Part shown: positions 46,975 through 57,492 of the stretch, piece after piece | Layout of the letters: each line of letters starts with the position of its first letter | Numbering within the stretch: position 1 is the stretch's first letter | Virus record (IMG/VR): IMGVR_UViG_3300033076_001039 | Location: 32,001 to 96,000 of that record | Length of the DNA: 64,000 bases | Reading direction: 5' to 3' (one strand) | Source of the DNA: a virus | Lineage: Duplodnaviria > Caudoviricetes | Notes under the pieces: generated by a model | Database searches by the model: none | Told to the model about the DNA's origin: nothing | Seen by the model: only the letters and a program-made list of their open reading frames with translations | Position numbers and translations under genes: made by a program

Positions 46975-48603
46975 ATGATTACAGTAGGATATTCAACAAG
47001 AGAACACAACCCAAAATTTATTGAATACTTGAAAAAAAGTTCAGGGTTCAAAAAAATTGAGGTGATTGAAAAAATAAATAATGGTGAGAAGTCATTATCT
47101 GAAACATATAATGAGATATTAAATGAATCTAAAACTGATATCGTAGTATTGTGTCACGACGACATTTATTTCGATACTTCAAGTTGGTTTCATAAAATTA
47201 AAACTCACTTTGAAAAAAGTGATTTTGGTATTTTAGGAGTTGCTGGCACAACCAACATGCCCGAAACTGGTAGATGGTGGGACAATAGAAAAACCATGAT
47301 TGGAATTGTTAATCATGAAAATGAAGGTAAAAAATGGACTTCAAAATATTCTGATGACCACGGTAAGTCTATTAAACCTACAGTTATTGTTGACGGTTTG
47401 TTTATTGCACTAAGTAAATCAAGAATCAAACACACATTTGATGAAGATTTTAAAGGTTTCCACTTTTATGACATCGCATTTTGTTATAGAAACTATTTGG
47501 AAAATGTTAAAGTTGGTGTTATTAGTAATGTTAGAATTACACACAAATCAATAGGTCAAACAAACCAACAATGGGAAGATAATAGACAATTCTTTGTTGA
47601 GAAATATGGTCAGTCTTTACCAACTAAAATTCCTTTTGATAAAAATAAAAGATTGAAGGTATTACTGTCTTGTATTTCATTTAGAAATTTCACAGGTTCA
47701 GAACTTTACGTATTTGAATTGGCCAAAAGTCTAATTAAGTTAAATTGTAGTGTTACCGTTCTTTCTCAAATTGGGGGTCCTGTAACAGACATGGCAAAAA
47801 AACTTGGTATTAAGTGTGTTTCATTTGAAAATGCACCAGGGTTTAAACTTGGGGACGGTCAGTGGGGTATGAATACACCTGAAGGATTTAAACCTTCAAC
47901 ACCAAATATGTTATATCGGGTTTCTGATGTTGATTATGATATTGTTCATTTCCAACACAAACCAGTTGCAGAACGTATATTAAATATGTACCCCGAATTA
48001 CCAAAAATTTCGGCAATACACTCTGAAGTTATTTCTTTAGAAGACCCTGTTACTGACCCAACGATTAAAAAATACATTGCAATTAGACCAGAAATTAAAG
48101 AACATATTGTTAATAATTTTGAAATACCTGAAGAAATGGTTGAGGTAATATACAATCCTGTTGATAATGAAAAATTTCAATCAAAGGATGTTACTGAAGA
48201 AAATTATGTGTTGTTTGTTGGTACAATCGACTATTTGAGAAAAGAAGCAATATTAGACCTAATCGAATATACAAGGGAGATTGGAAAAGAATTATGGTTG
48301 GTTGGTGAGAATAATGGTAATTATTTGGAAAATGTCCTGTTAGAAGACCATGTGAAACATTTCCCATCAACTTGGAATGTAGAGAACTTTATATTAAAAT
48401 CTTACGAAACCGCAGGAATTCAATTGGGTAGAACAACTATTGAAAGTTGGATGTGTGGTAAATCAAGTTGGATATATAAAGTGGATAAGGGAGGTTTTAT
48501 CTTATCTAAAGAAAAATACAATCCACCAAGTGATATTGAAAAATATTATGCGATGAATGTTGCGCAACAAATAAAAGATGAATATATTAAAATTTTAGAA
48601 TGA
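46975..48603 (+). CDS. Bifunctional glycosyltransferase (GT2-like N-terminal domain plus GT-B C-terminal domain)
   Basis: LCHDDI, DGLFIA, FHFYD. Second domain starts FTGSELYVFELAK. Confidence 0.75.
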   Translation: MITVGYSTREHNPKFIEYLKKSSGFKKIEVIEKINNGEKSLSETYNEILNESKTDIVVLCHDDIYFDTSSWFHKIKTHFEKSDFGILGVAGTTNMPETGRWWDNRKTMIGIVNHENEGKKWTSKYSDDHGKSIKPTVIVDGLFIALSKSRIKHTFDEDFKGFHFYDIAFCYRNYLENVKVGVISNVRITHKSIGQTNQQWEDNRQFFVEKYGQSLPTKIPFDKNKRLKVLLSCISFRNFTGSELYVFELAKSLIKLNCSVTVLSQIGGPVTDMAKKLGIKCVSFENAPGFKLGDGQWGMNTPEGFKPSTPNMLYRVSDVDYDIVHFQHKPVAERILNMYPELPKISAIHSEVISLEDPVTDPTIKKYIAIRPEIKEHIVNNFEIPEEMVEVIYNPVDNEKFQSKDVTEENYVLFVGTIDYLRKEAILDLIEYTREIGKELWLVGENNGNYLENVLLEDHVKHFPSTWNVENFILKSYETAGIQLGRTTIESWMCGKSSWIYKVDKGGFILSKEKYNPPSDIEKYYAMNVAQQIKDEYIKILE

Positions 48604-49382
48604 ACCGAATAGTTGATTACGAAAACCTATCAAAAAAAATCCAAACATGGATTATTGATTATGCGGATACGCATAATATTAAAACATTAGTTGTTGGTGT
48701 TTCAGGTGGAATTGATTCCGCAGTCGTGTCAACATTATGTGCATTAACGGGTATTGATACAATTGCCGTTGGGATGCCGATTAACTCCAATTCCGATAAC
48801 ACAAAATTATCGAAGAAACAATTAGAATACCTTTCCATGTCATTTGGGATTAATACTGATGAAATAGATTTAAGTTCAATTTATAATTCATTTAATAAAT
48901 TGATGTCACCGAATTTTTCGTCTGATTTGGGATTTGCCAATAGTAAATCAAGACTTCGTATGATTACTTTATATCAAATTGCGTCAAGTTTAGGCGGTAT
49001 TGTTGTTGGTACAGGAAATAAAGTTGAGGACTTTGGTGTTGGATTTTATACAAAATATGGTGATGGTGGTGTGGATATTTCACCTATCGCAGATTTATAC
49101 AAATCAGAAGTAAGGGAACTTGGACGTTATTTAGGTGTACCTCAAGAAATTATTGATGCCGAACCTACTGATGGTTTATGGGATGACAATAGAGTTGATG
49201 AGACTCAAATAGGTGCAACATATGAAGAACTAGAATGGGCCATGGAATATGGACAGAGTAAATCAGTTTACACTGAAAAAGAATATAATATATTAAACAT
49301 ATATCAAAACTTTAATCAAAAAAATAAACATAAAATGGTTCCAATCCCAATTTTTGATTTAAAAGAAAACGAAATTATATGA
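48600..49382 (+). CDS. nadE: NH3-dependent NAD+ synthetase
   Basis: GVSGGIDSAV, SRLRM, GTGNKVE, TKYGDGG, PTDGLW. Confidence 0.95.
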   Translation: MNRIVDYENLSKKIQTWIIDYADTHNIKTLVVGVSGGIDSAVVSTLCALTGIDTIAVGMPINSNSDNTKLSKKQLEYLSMSFGINTDEIDLSSIYNSFNKLMSPNFSSDLGFANSKSRLRMITLYQIASSLGGIVVGTGNKVEDFGVGFYTKYGDGGVDISPIADLYKSEVRELGRYLGVPQEIIDAEPTDGLWDDNRVDETQIGATYEELEWAMEYGQSKSVYTEKEYNILNIYQNFNQKNKHKMVPIPIFDLKENEII

Positions 49383-50539
49383 AAATAGGTGTTATTGGTG
49401 CGGGAAGACTTGGTCTAACATTTGCACTACTTTGTGAAAAAAATGGGTACGACGTATTAGTATCTGACGTGAGAGAAGATTATGTTTTTAATCTTAATCA
49501 AAAAATTTGTATAACTAATGAACCTTTAGTCCAATCAATGTTATTGGACACGACTAAATTTAGTGCAACAACTAATAATATTGAAGTAATTGAAAATTCA
49601 GACATTATATTCATTTTTGTTGCCACTCCGTCAACTTTAGACGGTAACTATGATACCGCCAAAGTTTTTGAAGTGGTGTCTGATTTCTACACCGCAAATA
49701 GTTTAGACGTTCAACTGTACGGTAAAAAAGTTATTGTAGGATGTACAACAAATCCTGGTGATACAGAACAAGTACAGCAAAGATTGAATATGTTTAATAT
49801 CCAAGTCGCATATAATCCTGAATTTATTGCACAAGGTGAAATTGTAAAAGGTCTTGAAGAGTCTGACATAGTTTTAATAGGTACCAATTATACTGAATTA
49901 GGTAATGAACTAATTGAAATTTATAAGAGAATCCAAACTACTTCAGTAAACGCCTACGTAATGTCCCCTAAAGCCGCAGAATTAACTAAAATCGGTATTA
50001 ATTGTTTCTTAACTACTAAAATTAGTTATGCAAACATGATGGGTGATATTATGGTTAAAGCTGGTTTGGAAGATGAAATCAATATGGTTTTAACCGCAAT
50101 AGGTGGAGATACCAGAGTTGGTAAAAAATACATGAAATATGGGTTTGGGTTTGGGGGACCATGTCTTCCTAGAGATAATAGAGCTTTGGGGTACTACGCA
50201 AAAAATTTAGGTATGGAATTAAACTTACCATTAACTGTGGATAATTTTAATAAAGAACATGCTAATTTCTTAAAAGAATACTACATCAGCAAAAACCCCG
50301 ATAAATCAGTACCATTTGTCATGAACTATATCACATACAAAAAAGGTACGGATATTACCGAAGAATCACAACAGTTCCAATTATGTATCGATTTATTAAC
50401 TGAAGGTTATTCGGTCAACGTTATAGAAATTGATGCTGTTTCCAAACAATTAAATTCATTAAGTGAATCTTACAATGGTAGACTGAGGTTTTTTAAACCA
50501 GGTACAAATCCTGAAGGATTTAAAATTAATTTACAGTAA
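49379..50539 (+). CDS. ugd: UDP-glucose/GDP-mannose 6-dehydrogenase family
   Basis: GAGRLG, YNPEFIAQG, AELTK, GFGGPCLPRD. Confidence 0.85.
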   Translation: MKIGVIGAGRLGLTFALLCEKNGYDVLVSDVREDYVFNLNQKICITNEPLVQSMLLDTTKFSATTNNIEVIENSDIIFIFVATPSTLDGNYDTAKVFEVVSDFYTANSLDVQLYGKKVIVGCTTNPGDTEQVQQRLNMFNIQVAYNPEFIAQGEIVKGLEESDIVLIGTNYTELGNELIEIYKRIQTTSVNAYVMSPKAAELTKIGINCFLTTKISYANMMGDIMVKAGLEDEINMVLTAIGGDTRVGKKYMKYGFGFGGPCLPRDNRALGYYAKNLGMELNLPLTVDNFNKEHANFLKEYYISKNPDKSVPFVMNYITYKKGTDITEESQQFQLCIDLLTEGYSVNVIEIDAVSKQLNSLSESYNGRLRFFKPGTNPEGFKINLQ

Positions 50540-51267
50540 TGATTAAAGTTGTAAGTTGTTTTTGGAATGCAGAACAATATATTCCAAACTGTATCAGAAC
50601 ATTAAAGAATCAAACCGATAAAGATTTTAAAGTTTATCTTATAGATGATGTGTCTACAGACAATACTGTATCCATAGTCCAAAAACTAATTGAAGGTGAT
50701 GAAAGGTTTGAATTAATCTCAAATCAAGAAAAAAAATTTAAGTTAAAAAATTTAGATGACTTGATATCAACATTTGATGATGAAGATATTATAATCGAAT
50801 TGGACGGAGATGATTTTTTGTTGGGTAATGAAGTGATAGGTGACATTAGAAAAATTTACTCAGACAAATCCGTATGGTTAACTAATGGTTCTTTTATGTA
50901 CACTAACGGTTCACAAGGGTTTTCTTCAAAGGCAAATCCAAATAATGTTAGGTCGGCAGTATTCACATTTTCACATTTAAGAACTTGGAAATCTTTTCTT
51001 TGGAAATCCATACCTAAAGAATATTTTAAAGACGAAGACGGTACATATTTTAAATCAGCCGCGGATGTTGCATACACTATCCCTCTTTTAGAATTATCAG
51101 GAGAGGAACACTATAGATTTAATCCAAAAGTAGTTTATGTTTATAATGGAAGTTCACCATATAACGACCATAAGGACGGTAGCGCATCTGGTGGAGGACT
51201 TCAAGAACAATCAAGATGTGCTAATATCATAAGAAATAAACAAAAATTAAATAAATTAATTAAATGA
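50539..51267 (+). CDS. Glycosyltransferase family 2
   Basis: LIDDVSTD, ELDGDD, SHLRTWK. Confidence 0.82.
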   Translation: MIKVVSCFWNAEQYIPNCIRTLKNQTDKDFKVYLIDDVSTDNTVSIVQKLIEGDERFELISNQEKKFKLKNLDDLISTFDDEDIIIELDGDDFLLGNEVIGDIRKIYSDKSVWLTNGSFMYTNGSQGFSSKANPNNVRSAVFTFSHLRTWKSFLWKSIPKEYFKDEDGTYFKSAADVAYTIPLLELSGEEHYRFNPKVVYVYNGSSPYNDHKDGSASGGGLQEQSRCANIIRNKQKLNKLIK

Positions 51268-52073
51268 ACAATTTAATATCGTGTAATTTAATGGGTGGTT
51301 TGGGTAATCAAATATTCCAAGCCGCTCACGCATTGGCACAAGGTATGAAACATAATAGAGAAGTCGTATTTGTACCTCAGTCATGGACCCCAATGCAAGG
51401 CAGACAAGCGTCAAATTATGTTAACAACGTTTTTAGAAACCTTAAATTTGTTGACAGTATTGATGGATTTGAAAAAGTGGTTGAAGGACCTTGGGAATAT
51501 AGCGAAGTTCCCCCTAAAGACCATAATACAGTATTCGACGGGTACTTCCAAAGTAGTAAAAACTTTTTAGGGTTTGATGAGGAAATTAAAAAAATATTTT
51601 CACCTACTGAAGAATTTGTTTCCGAAATGTATGAGAAATACCCTGAACTAAATCAAGAAAATACTTTGTCAATCCATATCCGTAGAGGTGATTGTTTTAT
51701 GAATCCTGATATTCACCCAATAGCAAATGAAAAATATGTTGAGAGAGCATTGAAAGAGATTGGGGATTATACTCATGTTTTTGTTTTCAGTGATGACAAA
51801 AATTGGGTTATGGATAATCTTAAATTTGAAAATGTTACTTACGTTGATGATGAGGATTATAGAGAAATGTGGTTAATGTCTTTATGTAAAAATCATATTA
51901 TGGTTAACTCTACATTTTCATGGTGGGGAACTTTTCTAAATACCAATCCCAATAAAAAAATAATCGCTCCGTCAATTTGGTTTGGTCCAAGAGGTCCTCA
52001 AAACTATAAGGATATTTACGAATCAAATTGGACGGTATTAGATGTAAAATACGAAGACGGATGGTTAAGTTAA
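51264..52073 (+). CDS. Alpha-1,2-fucosyltransferase-like (GT11)
   Basis: GGLGNQIFQ, GYFQS, HIRRGD, FSDD, NSTFSWWG. Confidence 0.9.
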   Translation: MNNLISCNLMGGLGNQIFQAAHALAQGMKHNREVVFVPQSWTPMQGRQASNYVNNVFRNLKFVDSIDGFEKVVEGPWEYSEVPPKDHNTVFDGYFQSSKNFLGFDEEIKKIFSPTEEFVSEMYEKYPELNQENTLSIHIRRGDCFMNPDIHPIANEKYVERALKEIGDYTHVFVFSDDKNWVMDNLKFENVTYVDDEDYREMWLMSLCKNHIMVNSTFSWWGTFLNTNPNKKIIAPSIWFGPRGPQNYKDIYESNWTVLDVKYEDGWLS

Positions 52074-52879
52074 ATATGTTGTCCACAAATTTTGCTCATG
52101 ACAAAGGTTCTACGGCAAATAAACCACCAGTACATATTGAGTGGTGTTTTAATAGTTATGACAATCCCATTTCGGTTTATTTAGATGGAGACCTTTTTAA
52201 AGGAATCCAAGACCACAAAGTTGATGGAGGGGCAAAAAAGAAATTTTTATGGGTTATTGAGTCTCGTAAGTTTGATGGTGGAGCGGTTGATAACATTAAA
52301 AATAATTTAGATGATGTCCTTAATACTTTTGAACAAATATGGACACATAATGATGAATTATTATCATTACACCCTAAATTTAAATGGACACCTGCTTATG
52401 GTTCTTACATTAAAGAATTTGGGATTTACCCAAAAACTAAAATGGCATCTATGATAACATCAAATAAAAGATGGACTCACCAGCATGAAATTAGACATGA
52501 TTTTGCAATGGCAAATCAGGACAAAATTGATGTATACGGTAGAGGTATTCATGAGATACCAAACAAAGAAATTGGTCTAAAAGATTATAGATTTTCTTTT
52601 TGTGTTGAAAATGACACATATGATACATATTTCACTGAAAAGATATTAGATTGTTTTGCAACAGGTACTATACCAATCTATATGGGTACGAAAAAAGTTG
52701 TTGAATATTTTAATCCTGACGGGATTATATTTTTTGAAGGTACTTTTGATTTATCAACATTAACTGAAGAACTATATAATTCAAAAATAAATGCAATTAA
52801 AGATAATTATGAAAGAGTACAAAAATACAGTGTTCTTGATGATTGGATTTTTGAAAATTACTTAATTAATTATGTCTAA
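52061..52879 (+). CDS. Alpha-1,3-fucosyltransferase-like (GT10)
   Basis: YRFSFCVEN...YFTEKILDCFATGTIPIYMG. ATG at 52061 preferred over TTG at 52028. Confidence 0.8.
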   Translation: MVKLNMLSTNFAHDKGSTANKPPVHIEWCFNSYDNPISVYLDGDLFKGIQDHKVDGGAKKKFLWVIESRKFDGGAVDNIKNNLDDVLNTFEQIWTHNDELLSLHPKFKWTPAYGSYIKEFGIYPKTKMASMITSNKRWTHQHEIRHDFAMANQDKIDVYGRGIHEIPNKEIGLKDYRFSFCVENDTYDTYFTEKILDCFATGTIPIYMGTKKVVEYFNPDGIIFFEGTFDLSTLTEELYNSKINAIKDNYERVQKYSVLDDWIFENYLINYV

Positions 52880-53579
52880 AATTTGTTTGATACGCCAGCC
52901 AGCGGGTATTGGTGATATTTTCTTTTTACAAAAAATTGCTAAACATTACTTATCATTAGGATATGAGATTTTATGGCCAGTAATTTCTCAATTCAGTTAT
53001 ATTAAAAATTACATCAAAGTAGATGGTATTACATTTGTGGATGAAAATGATTCGTTCCCACATAAAAATATCTACATGCAAGGGTACTCAACACCAACTC
53101 AAATAAGTGATTCGTTACTTTATCTACCAATTCAAAATTTTGATAGAAATTATCCGAATCAATCTGTTATGTATTCAAAATATAAACTATTAGGTATCGA
53201 TTACCATGATTGGTCAAATTATTTTGAATTTGAAAGAAATATAGAGAAAGAAGAACAATTGATTGATTTATTAAACATAAGAGGTACTGAATACAATTTT
53301 GTTAATCGTCAGTATGGGTCTCCACCAAATACTCAAGATTGTCTTCACATGGGTAATTATGAAAATTCAGTTGAAATGAGGTATATTGATGGGTACACCA
53401 TTTTTGATTGGATTGGTGTAATCCTTAATGCGAAACATATCTATACCGCAGAAACATCATTACTTTACATATTAACAAAATTAAACCTTAATAATATAAC
53501 CGTTTATTCTAAACATAACCCTCCGAACTATTTTCACGTTTCGGAACTATTCCCTAAAAATTGGACTTACACATTATGA
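52872..53579 (+). CDS. Hypothetical protein, possibly a GT-B glycosyltransferase
   Basis: QPAGIGDIFF N-terminus and glycan-operon context. Confidence 0.45.
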   Translation: MSKICLIRQPAGIGDIFFLQKIAKHYLSLGYEILWPVISQFSYIKNYIKVDGITFVDENDSFPHKNIYMQGYSTPTQISDSLLYLPIQNFDRNYPNQSVMYSKYKLLGIDYHDWSNYFEFERNIEKEEQLIDLLNIRGTEYNFVNRQYGSPPNTQDCLHMGNYENSVEMRYIDGYTIFDWIGVILNAKHIYTAETSLLYILTKLNLNNITVYSKHNPPNYFHVSELFPKNWTYTL

Positions 53580-54211
53580 TTGAAAACATTAAAGAAGAGT
53601 TAAAAAAGTATTTTGAATCCGAAACTTATTTGGATGATGAGACAGGATACACCAAAGATGGTAGAGGTGTTGATTGGATGATTGATAATCTTTTACCTAA
53701 AGTTGAAAGATTGATTGATAAAAATTTACATAAGAACTGTTTGGATGTTGGTTCAGCTCAGGGGTATTTTACAAGAGTTTTAAAAGAACATTTTGAAAAT
53801 GCATATGGTGTTGATTTTTCCGAAAATAGAATTTCTTACGCAAAAAAATATGAAACAGATAATCTAAAATTTGTTGTTGCGGATTTAACTGAAAGTCTTT
53901 CGTCTAAAATACCTATGAAGTTTGACTTTATGTTTACAAATGCAGTTATCCCTCACATTCCAGCACAATTTAAATCAGACGTATTTAAGAATTTGGCTGA
54001 GATTGCAAACCCTGGTTGTATTTTTACAATCTACGACGGTATGATTCCTGAAGGTGTTGATTTAACATTTAATACTTGGAAACCAGGACAACATATCAAT
54101 GTCACTTTTTTTAGTAAGAGTTGGTTGGAAGAAAACGCAACTGATTGGGAAATTGTTGAAATTAACAATATCGGTAATTTAACTGAAGAAATTATATTAA
54201 AAAGAAAATAA
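53576..54211 (+). CDS. Class I SAM-dependent methyltransferase
   Basis: CLDVGSAQG, GVDFS, FDFMFTNAVIPH. ATG at 53576 overlaps the upstream stop. Confidence 0.85.
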   Translation: MIENIKEELKKYFESETYLDDETGYTKDGRGVDWMIDNLLPKVERLIDKNLHKNCLDVGSAQGYFTRVLKEHFENAYGVDFSENRISYAKKYETDNLKFVVADLTESLSSKIPMKFDFMFTNAVIPHIPAQFKSDVFKNLAEIANPGCIFTIYDGMIPEGVDLTFNTWKPGQHINVTFFSKSWLEENATDWEIVEINNIGNLTEEIILKRK

Positions 54212-54218
54212 TTTTAAA

Positions 54219-54872
54219 ATGAGTTTATTTGGTGCATTTTGGGATAAAGACCCTAATCCTGTTGGTAGTGAGAATTTTGGAAACAATAAAGGATTGTTTT
54301 ATAATTTAAATTGGGAACCTAAAGGTGTTTTACACATTGGAGCTTGGGACGCATGGGAAGCAAAACAATATGCTCACGTTTGTGGAAACAACTCAATTTT
54401 TTTGGAAGCTAATCCAAATTCATACGAAAGATTTAAAAATGAAATTGAACAATTTGGTCAGAGAATTTACAATCTGGCGGCTTGGAATGTTGATGATTTA
54501 GAGATGGATTTATATTGTCCACCACATAATCCTGATTCAAGTTCTTTGGTTGAAAGAATCGGCAACCCAATTAAAACAAAAACAATAACAATTAAAACAT
54601 TATTTGAACGAGAAAATTTATCATTTAATGATTATGATTTACTAAATATAGACACAGAAGGTGCGGAATTACAAGTTCTTGAAGGGATTGGAGAAGAAAT
54701 TAAAAACTTCCAATACATCATTATTGAAGTTTCTGACTTGGGTTCTGAATCAGATTTGGCAGTAACCAACTATATTACTAACATGGGTTTTTCACATTAC
54801 AAAGATAGTACCGTTCATAGAAGCAGTGTTAATGGTAAAATGTTTTGTGATAGATTATTTAAAAAAGATTAA
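54219..54872 (+). CDS. FkbM-family methyltransferase
   Basis: LHIGAW, LEANP, LNIDTEGAELQVLEG. Confidence 0.87.
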   Translation: MSLFGAFWDKDPNPVGSENFGNNKGLFYNLNWEPKGVLHIGAWDAWEAKQYAHVCGNNSIFLEANPNSYERFKNEIEQFGQRIYNLAAWNVDDLEMDLYCPPHNPDSSSLVERIGNPIKTKTITIKTLFERENLSFNDYDLLNIDTEGAELQVLEGIGEEIKNFQYIIIEVSDLGSESDLAVTNYITNMGFSHYKDSTVHRSSVNGKMFCDRLFKKD

Positions 54873-55706
54873 ATGAAGAAAACAGCAATACTAACATCAA
54901 GAAATGATAACTATGGTGGTAATCTACACCATAGAGCCCTAATGTGTTTAACATCTTTAATTGAAACTCATGACGAAGTTATTTTTGTCGATTGGAGAAC
55001 TAAAGAGGGTAATGGAATTATTGAAAACATTAAAGACAGATTACCTCACCAAAAAAAATTAAAGAGTATTCACGTCCCCAAAAATTTATTAATAGAAAAA
55101 TATCCTAACATTTCAATGTATAGTATGATTGAATCTATTGGAAGAAATGTTGGTATTAGAAGAGCTGAAGGAGATTATATCATATCAACAAACATTGATA
55201 TTTTGTCATCACCAATTAACGATGATATATTATCTGAGGATACTTTTTATACGGTACCTAGACGTGATGTTGATGAAGGTTTTCATTTAGGATTTACATC
55301 CTTCAAAGATTTATATAACGAGATATGGAATCGTAGAGATTCCTACCAACAAAAAGAAAGGTCAAGCAGTACTACAGATATATGGTCTTTAATAAATTGT
55401 TGTGGGGATTACCAAATAGGTCATAGAAATGTTTGGGAAAAAATGAAAGGATTTGAAGAATCTATCTTATTTGGGTGTGGTATTGATACAAATGTAATGA
55501 AGAAAGCATCATTTTATTCTCAGATAAAAGTTTTAGACGAACATTACGTTTTCCATCTTAACCATGGAAAGAACGGACATAGAGATGAGGATGAACAAAT
55601 CCCACCGATGTCAGACCAAAAATCAATAATTGAAAATTTCACATCAACATCTAACTCAGATAATTGGGGGATGTATAATGAAGATTTACCTATTGAGTTA
55701 ATATGA
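54873..55706 (+). CDS. GT-A fold glycosyltransferase-like protein
   Basis: SRNDNYGG, FVDW, RNVGIRRA, STNIDI, GDYQ, FHLNH. Confidence 0.65.
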   Translation: MKKTAILTSRNDNYGGNLHHRALMCLTSLIETHDEVIFVDWRTKEGNGIIENIKDRLPHQKKLKSIHVPKNLLIEKYPNISMYSMIESIGRNVGIRRAEGDYIISTNIDILSSPINDDILSEDTFYTVPRRDVDEGFHLGFTSFKDLYNEIWNRRDSYQQKERSSSTTDIWSLINCCGDYQIGHRNVWEKMKGFEESILFGCGIDTNVMKKASFYSQIKVLDEHYVFHLNHGKNGHRDEDEQIPPMSDQKSIIENFTSTSNSDNWGMYNEDLPIELI

Positions 55707-56341
55707 GTGAACCAAAATCAATAATAATTGTTGGTGGTTCTGCAGGTGCCAAAATTGCAACAAAGATTTTTAACTTAACCCACCCACACCACATAATTTA
55801 TTATGTTGAATGTTTTAGTGAGGACATCACACAAAATATATTGTACCCGACAATTGATAAAGCACTTGACCATATAATGTTACCAAATGTTGAATATTTT
55901 ATTGCGACGGGAGATAATAACATGAGGTCAGAACATTATAGATTAATTAAGAATTATACAAAAAAAGAACCTCTTAATTGTATTCATCCATCATCAGTAA
56001 TTTCTTCAAAACGAATTGGGAATGGTAATTTGATTTGTCCAAATTCCGTTGTACATGTCGATGCTTATGTTGGAGACTGTACCATAATCAACACTGGTGC
56101 TGTTGTTGAACATGACTGTCATGTCGGGGATTTTTCACAAATATCACCAAATGCAACACTTTGTGGATACGTTAAAATTGGTGATTACTCATTTATTAGT
56201 GCTGGCTCAACAATTATTCCTAAAATCAAAGTCGGGGACCACTCGACAATTGCTGCAGGTTCTGTAGTCATAGAGGACGTTCCTTCTAATGTTATGGTTG
56301 CAGGAGTACCATCAAAAATTAAAAAAAATTATAAATCATGA
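55703..56341 (+). CDS. Hexapeptide-repeat sugar acetyltransferase (PglD/NeuD-like)
   Basis: ATGDN..R, IHPSS, INTGAVVEHDC, AGVPSK. Confidence 0.88.
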   Translation: MSEPKSIIIVGGSAGAKIATKIFNLTHPHHIIYYVECFSEDITQNILYPTIDKALDHIMLPNVEYFIATGDNNMRSEHYRLIKNYTKKEPLNCIHPSSVISSKRIGNGNLICPNSVVHVDAYVGDCTIINTGAVVEHDCHVGDFSQISPNATLCGYVKIGDYSFISAGSTIIPKIKVGDHSTIAAGSVVIEDVPSNVMVAGVPSKIKKNYKS

Positions 56342-57492
56342 ATATTCCAATTTTCAAATTAAATTTCGATTTAAAATCAAAATTAAAATTTATTAAAGGG
56401 TCTTGGGACATATTGTCATCTGACAGGCCATTAGGGGAATCGAAATATGTTTCAGAATTTGAAACCAAGTTCGGTAAATTAATTAACTCAAAATACACCA
56501 TCGCATGTTCTAATGGAACTACTGCAATTGAATTAGCATTAAAGGCGATTGATGTTAAAGGTAAAAAAGTTATAATCCCATCTAACACATTTTTTGCAAC
56601 TAGTGTTGCGGTCACTAATTCAGGAGGTATTGTTGAACTGGTCGATATGGAGTCAGATTCGTTTTCAATATGTCCAAAAGATTTGAAATCAAAATTAACA
56701 CCTGATGTTGGTGCGGTGATTATTGTTCATATTGGTGGTATCATTTCACATAAGATTTCTAAAATCGTTGATTTATGTAAAAAAATGAATGTTCCCTTAA
56801 TTGAGGACGCGGCTCACGCACATTTATCATATCGAGGAAAATATACCGCAGGTACTATTGGAGATATTGGGTGTTTTTCATTTTTCCCGACAAAGGTTAT
56901 GACAACAGGTGAGGGTGGCATCGTCTCAACAAACAACAAAAGATTTTATGAAAAAATGAAATCTTTAAAGAACTTTGGTAGGGATATTAATGATGCCGGA
57001 ATTATTGTAAATCCCGAAGGTAACAATTTTAAAATTAATGAATTCACAGGTTTGTTAGGTAGTATTGAATGTGATAGAGTTATTTCAAGGATTGAAAGAA
57101 GAACAAAATTACTTGATAGATATTATGAAAATTTAAAAGATACTAAGTACTCTGTGATAAAGCAAAAGGGTGATGGTCGTTGTGCATATTATAAAGCAAT
57201 TGTTAAAACTCCTATTGATAGTTCATGGTTAAAAACATATTGTAAAGAACATAATATTTCACTAACAGGTGAAGTGTATAAAATACCTGTTCATTTACAA
57301 CCTTTATATAAGAAACAATTTTCCTATGTAAATTTACCAAATACTGATTATTATTATAATCATCACATCTGTCCGCCCTTATACCCTGAATTAACAATTA
57401 AAGAGGTGGATTATATTTGTGATGTATTAAAACAAGCTTTAATTGATTATGAAAAACAGAGTAGCAAAACTAACAGCAATAAGAAAGATTGA
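56338..57492 (+). CDS. DegT/DnrJ/EryC1/StrS PLP-dependent sugar aminotransferase
   Basis: SNGTTA, IEDAAHA, FSFFPTKVMTTGEGG. Confidence 0.92.
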   Translation: MNIPIFKLNFDLKSKLKFIKGSWDILSSDRPLGESKYVSEFETKFGKLINSKYTIACSNGTTAIELALKAIDVKGKKVIIPSNTFFATSVAVTNSGGIVELVDMESDSFSICPKDLKSKLTPDVGAVIIVHIGGIISHKISKIVDLCKKMNVPLIEDAAHAHLSYRGKYTAGTIGDIGCFSFFPTKVMTTGEGGIVSTNNKRFYEKMKSLKNFGRDINDAGIIVNPEGNNFKINEFTGLLGSIECDRVISRIERRTKLLDRYYENLKDTKYSVIKQKGDGRCAYYKAIVKTPIDSSWLKTYCKEHNISLTGEVYKIPVHLQPLYKKQFSYVNLPNTDYYYNHHICPPLYPELTIKEVDYICDVLKQALIDYEKQSSKTNSNKKD

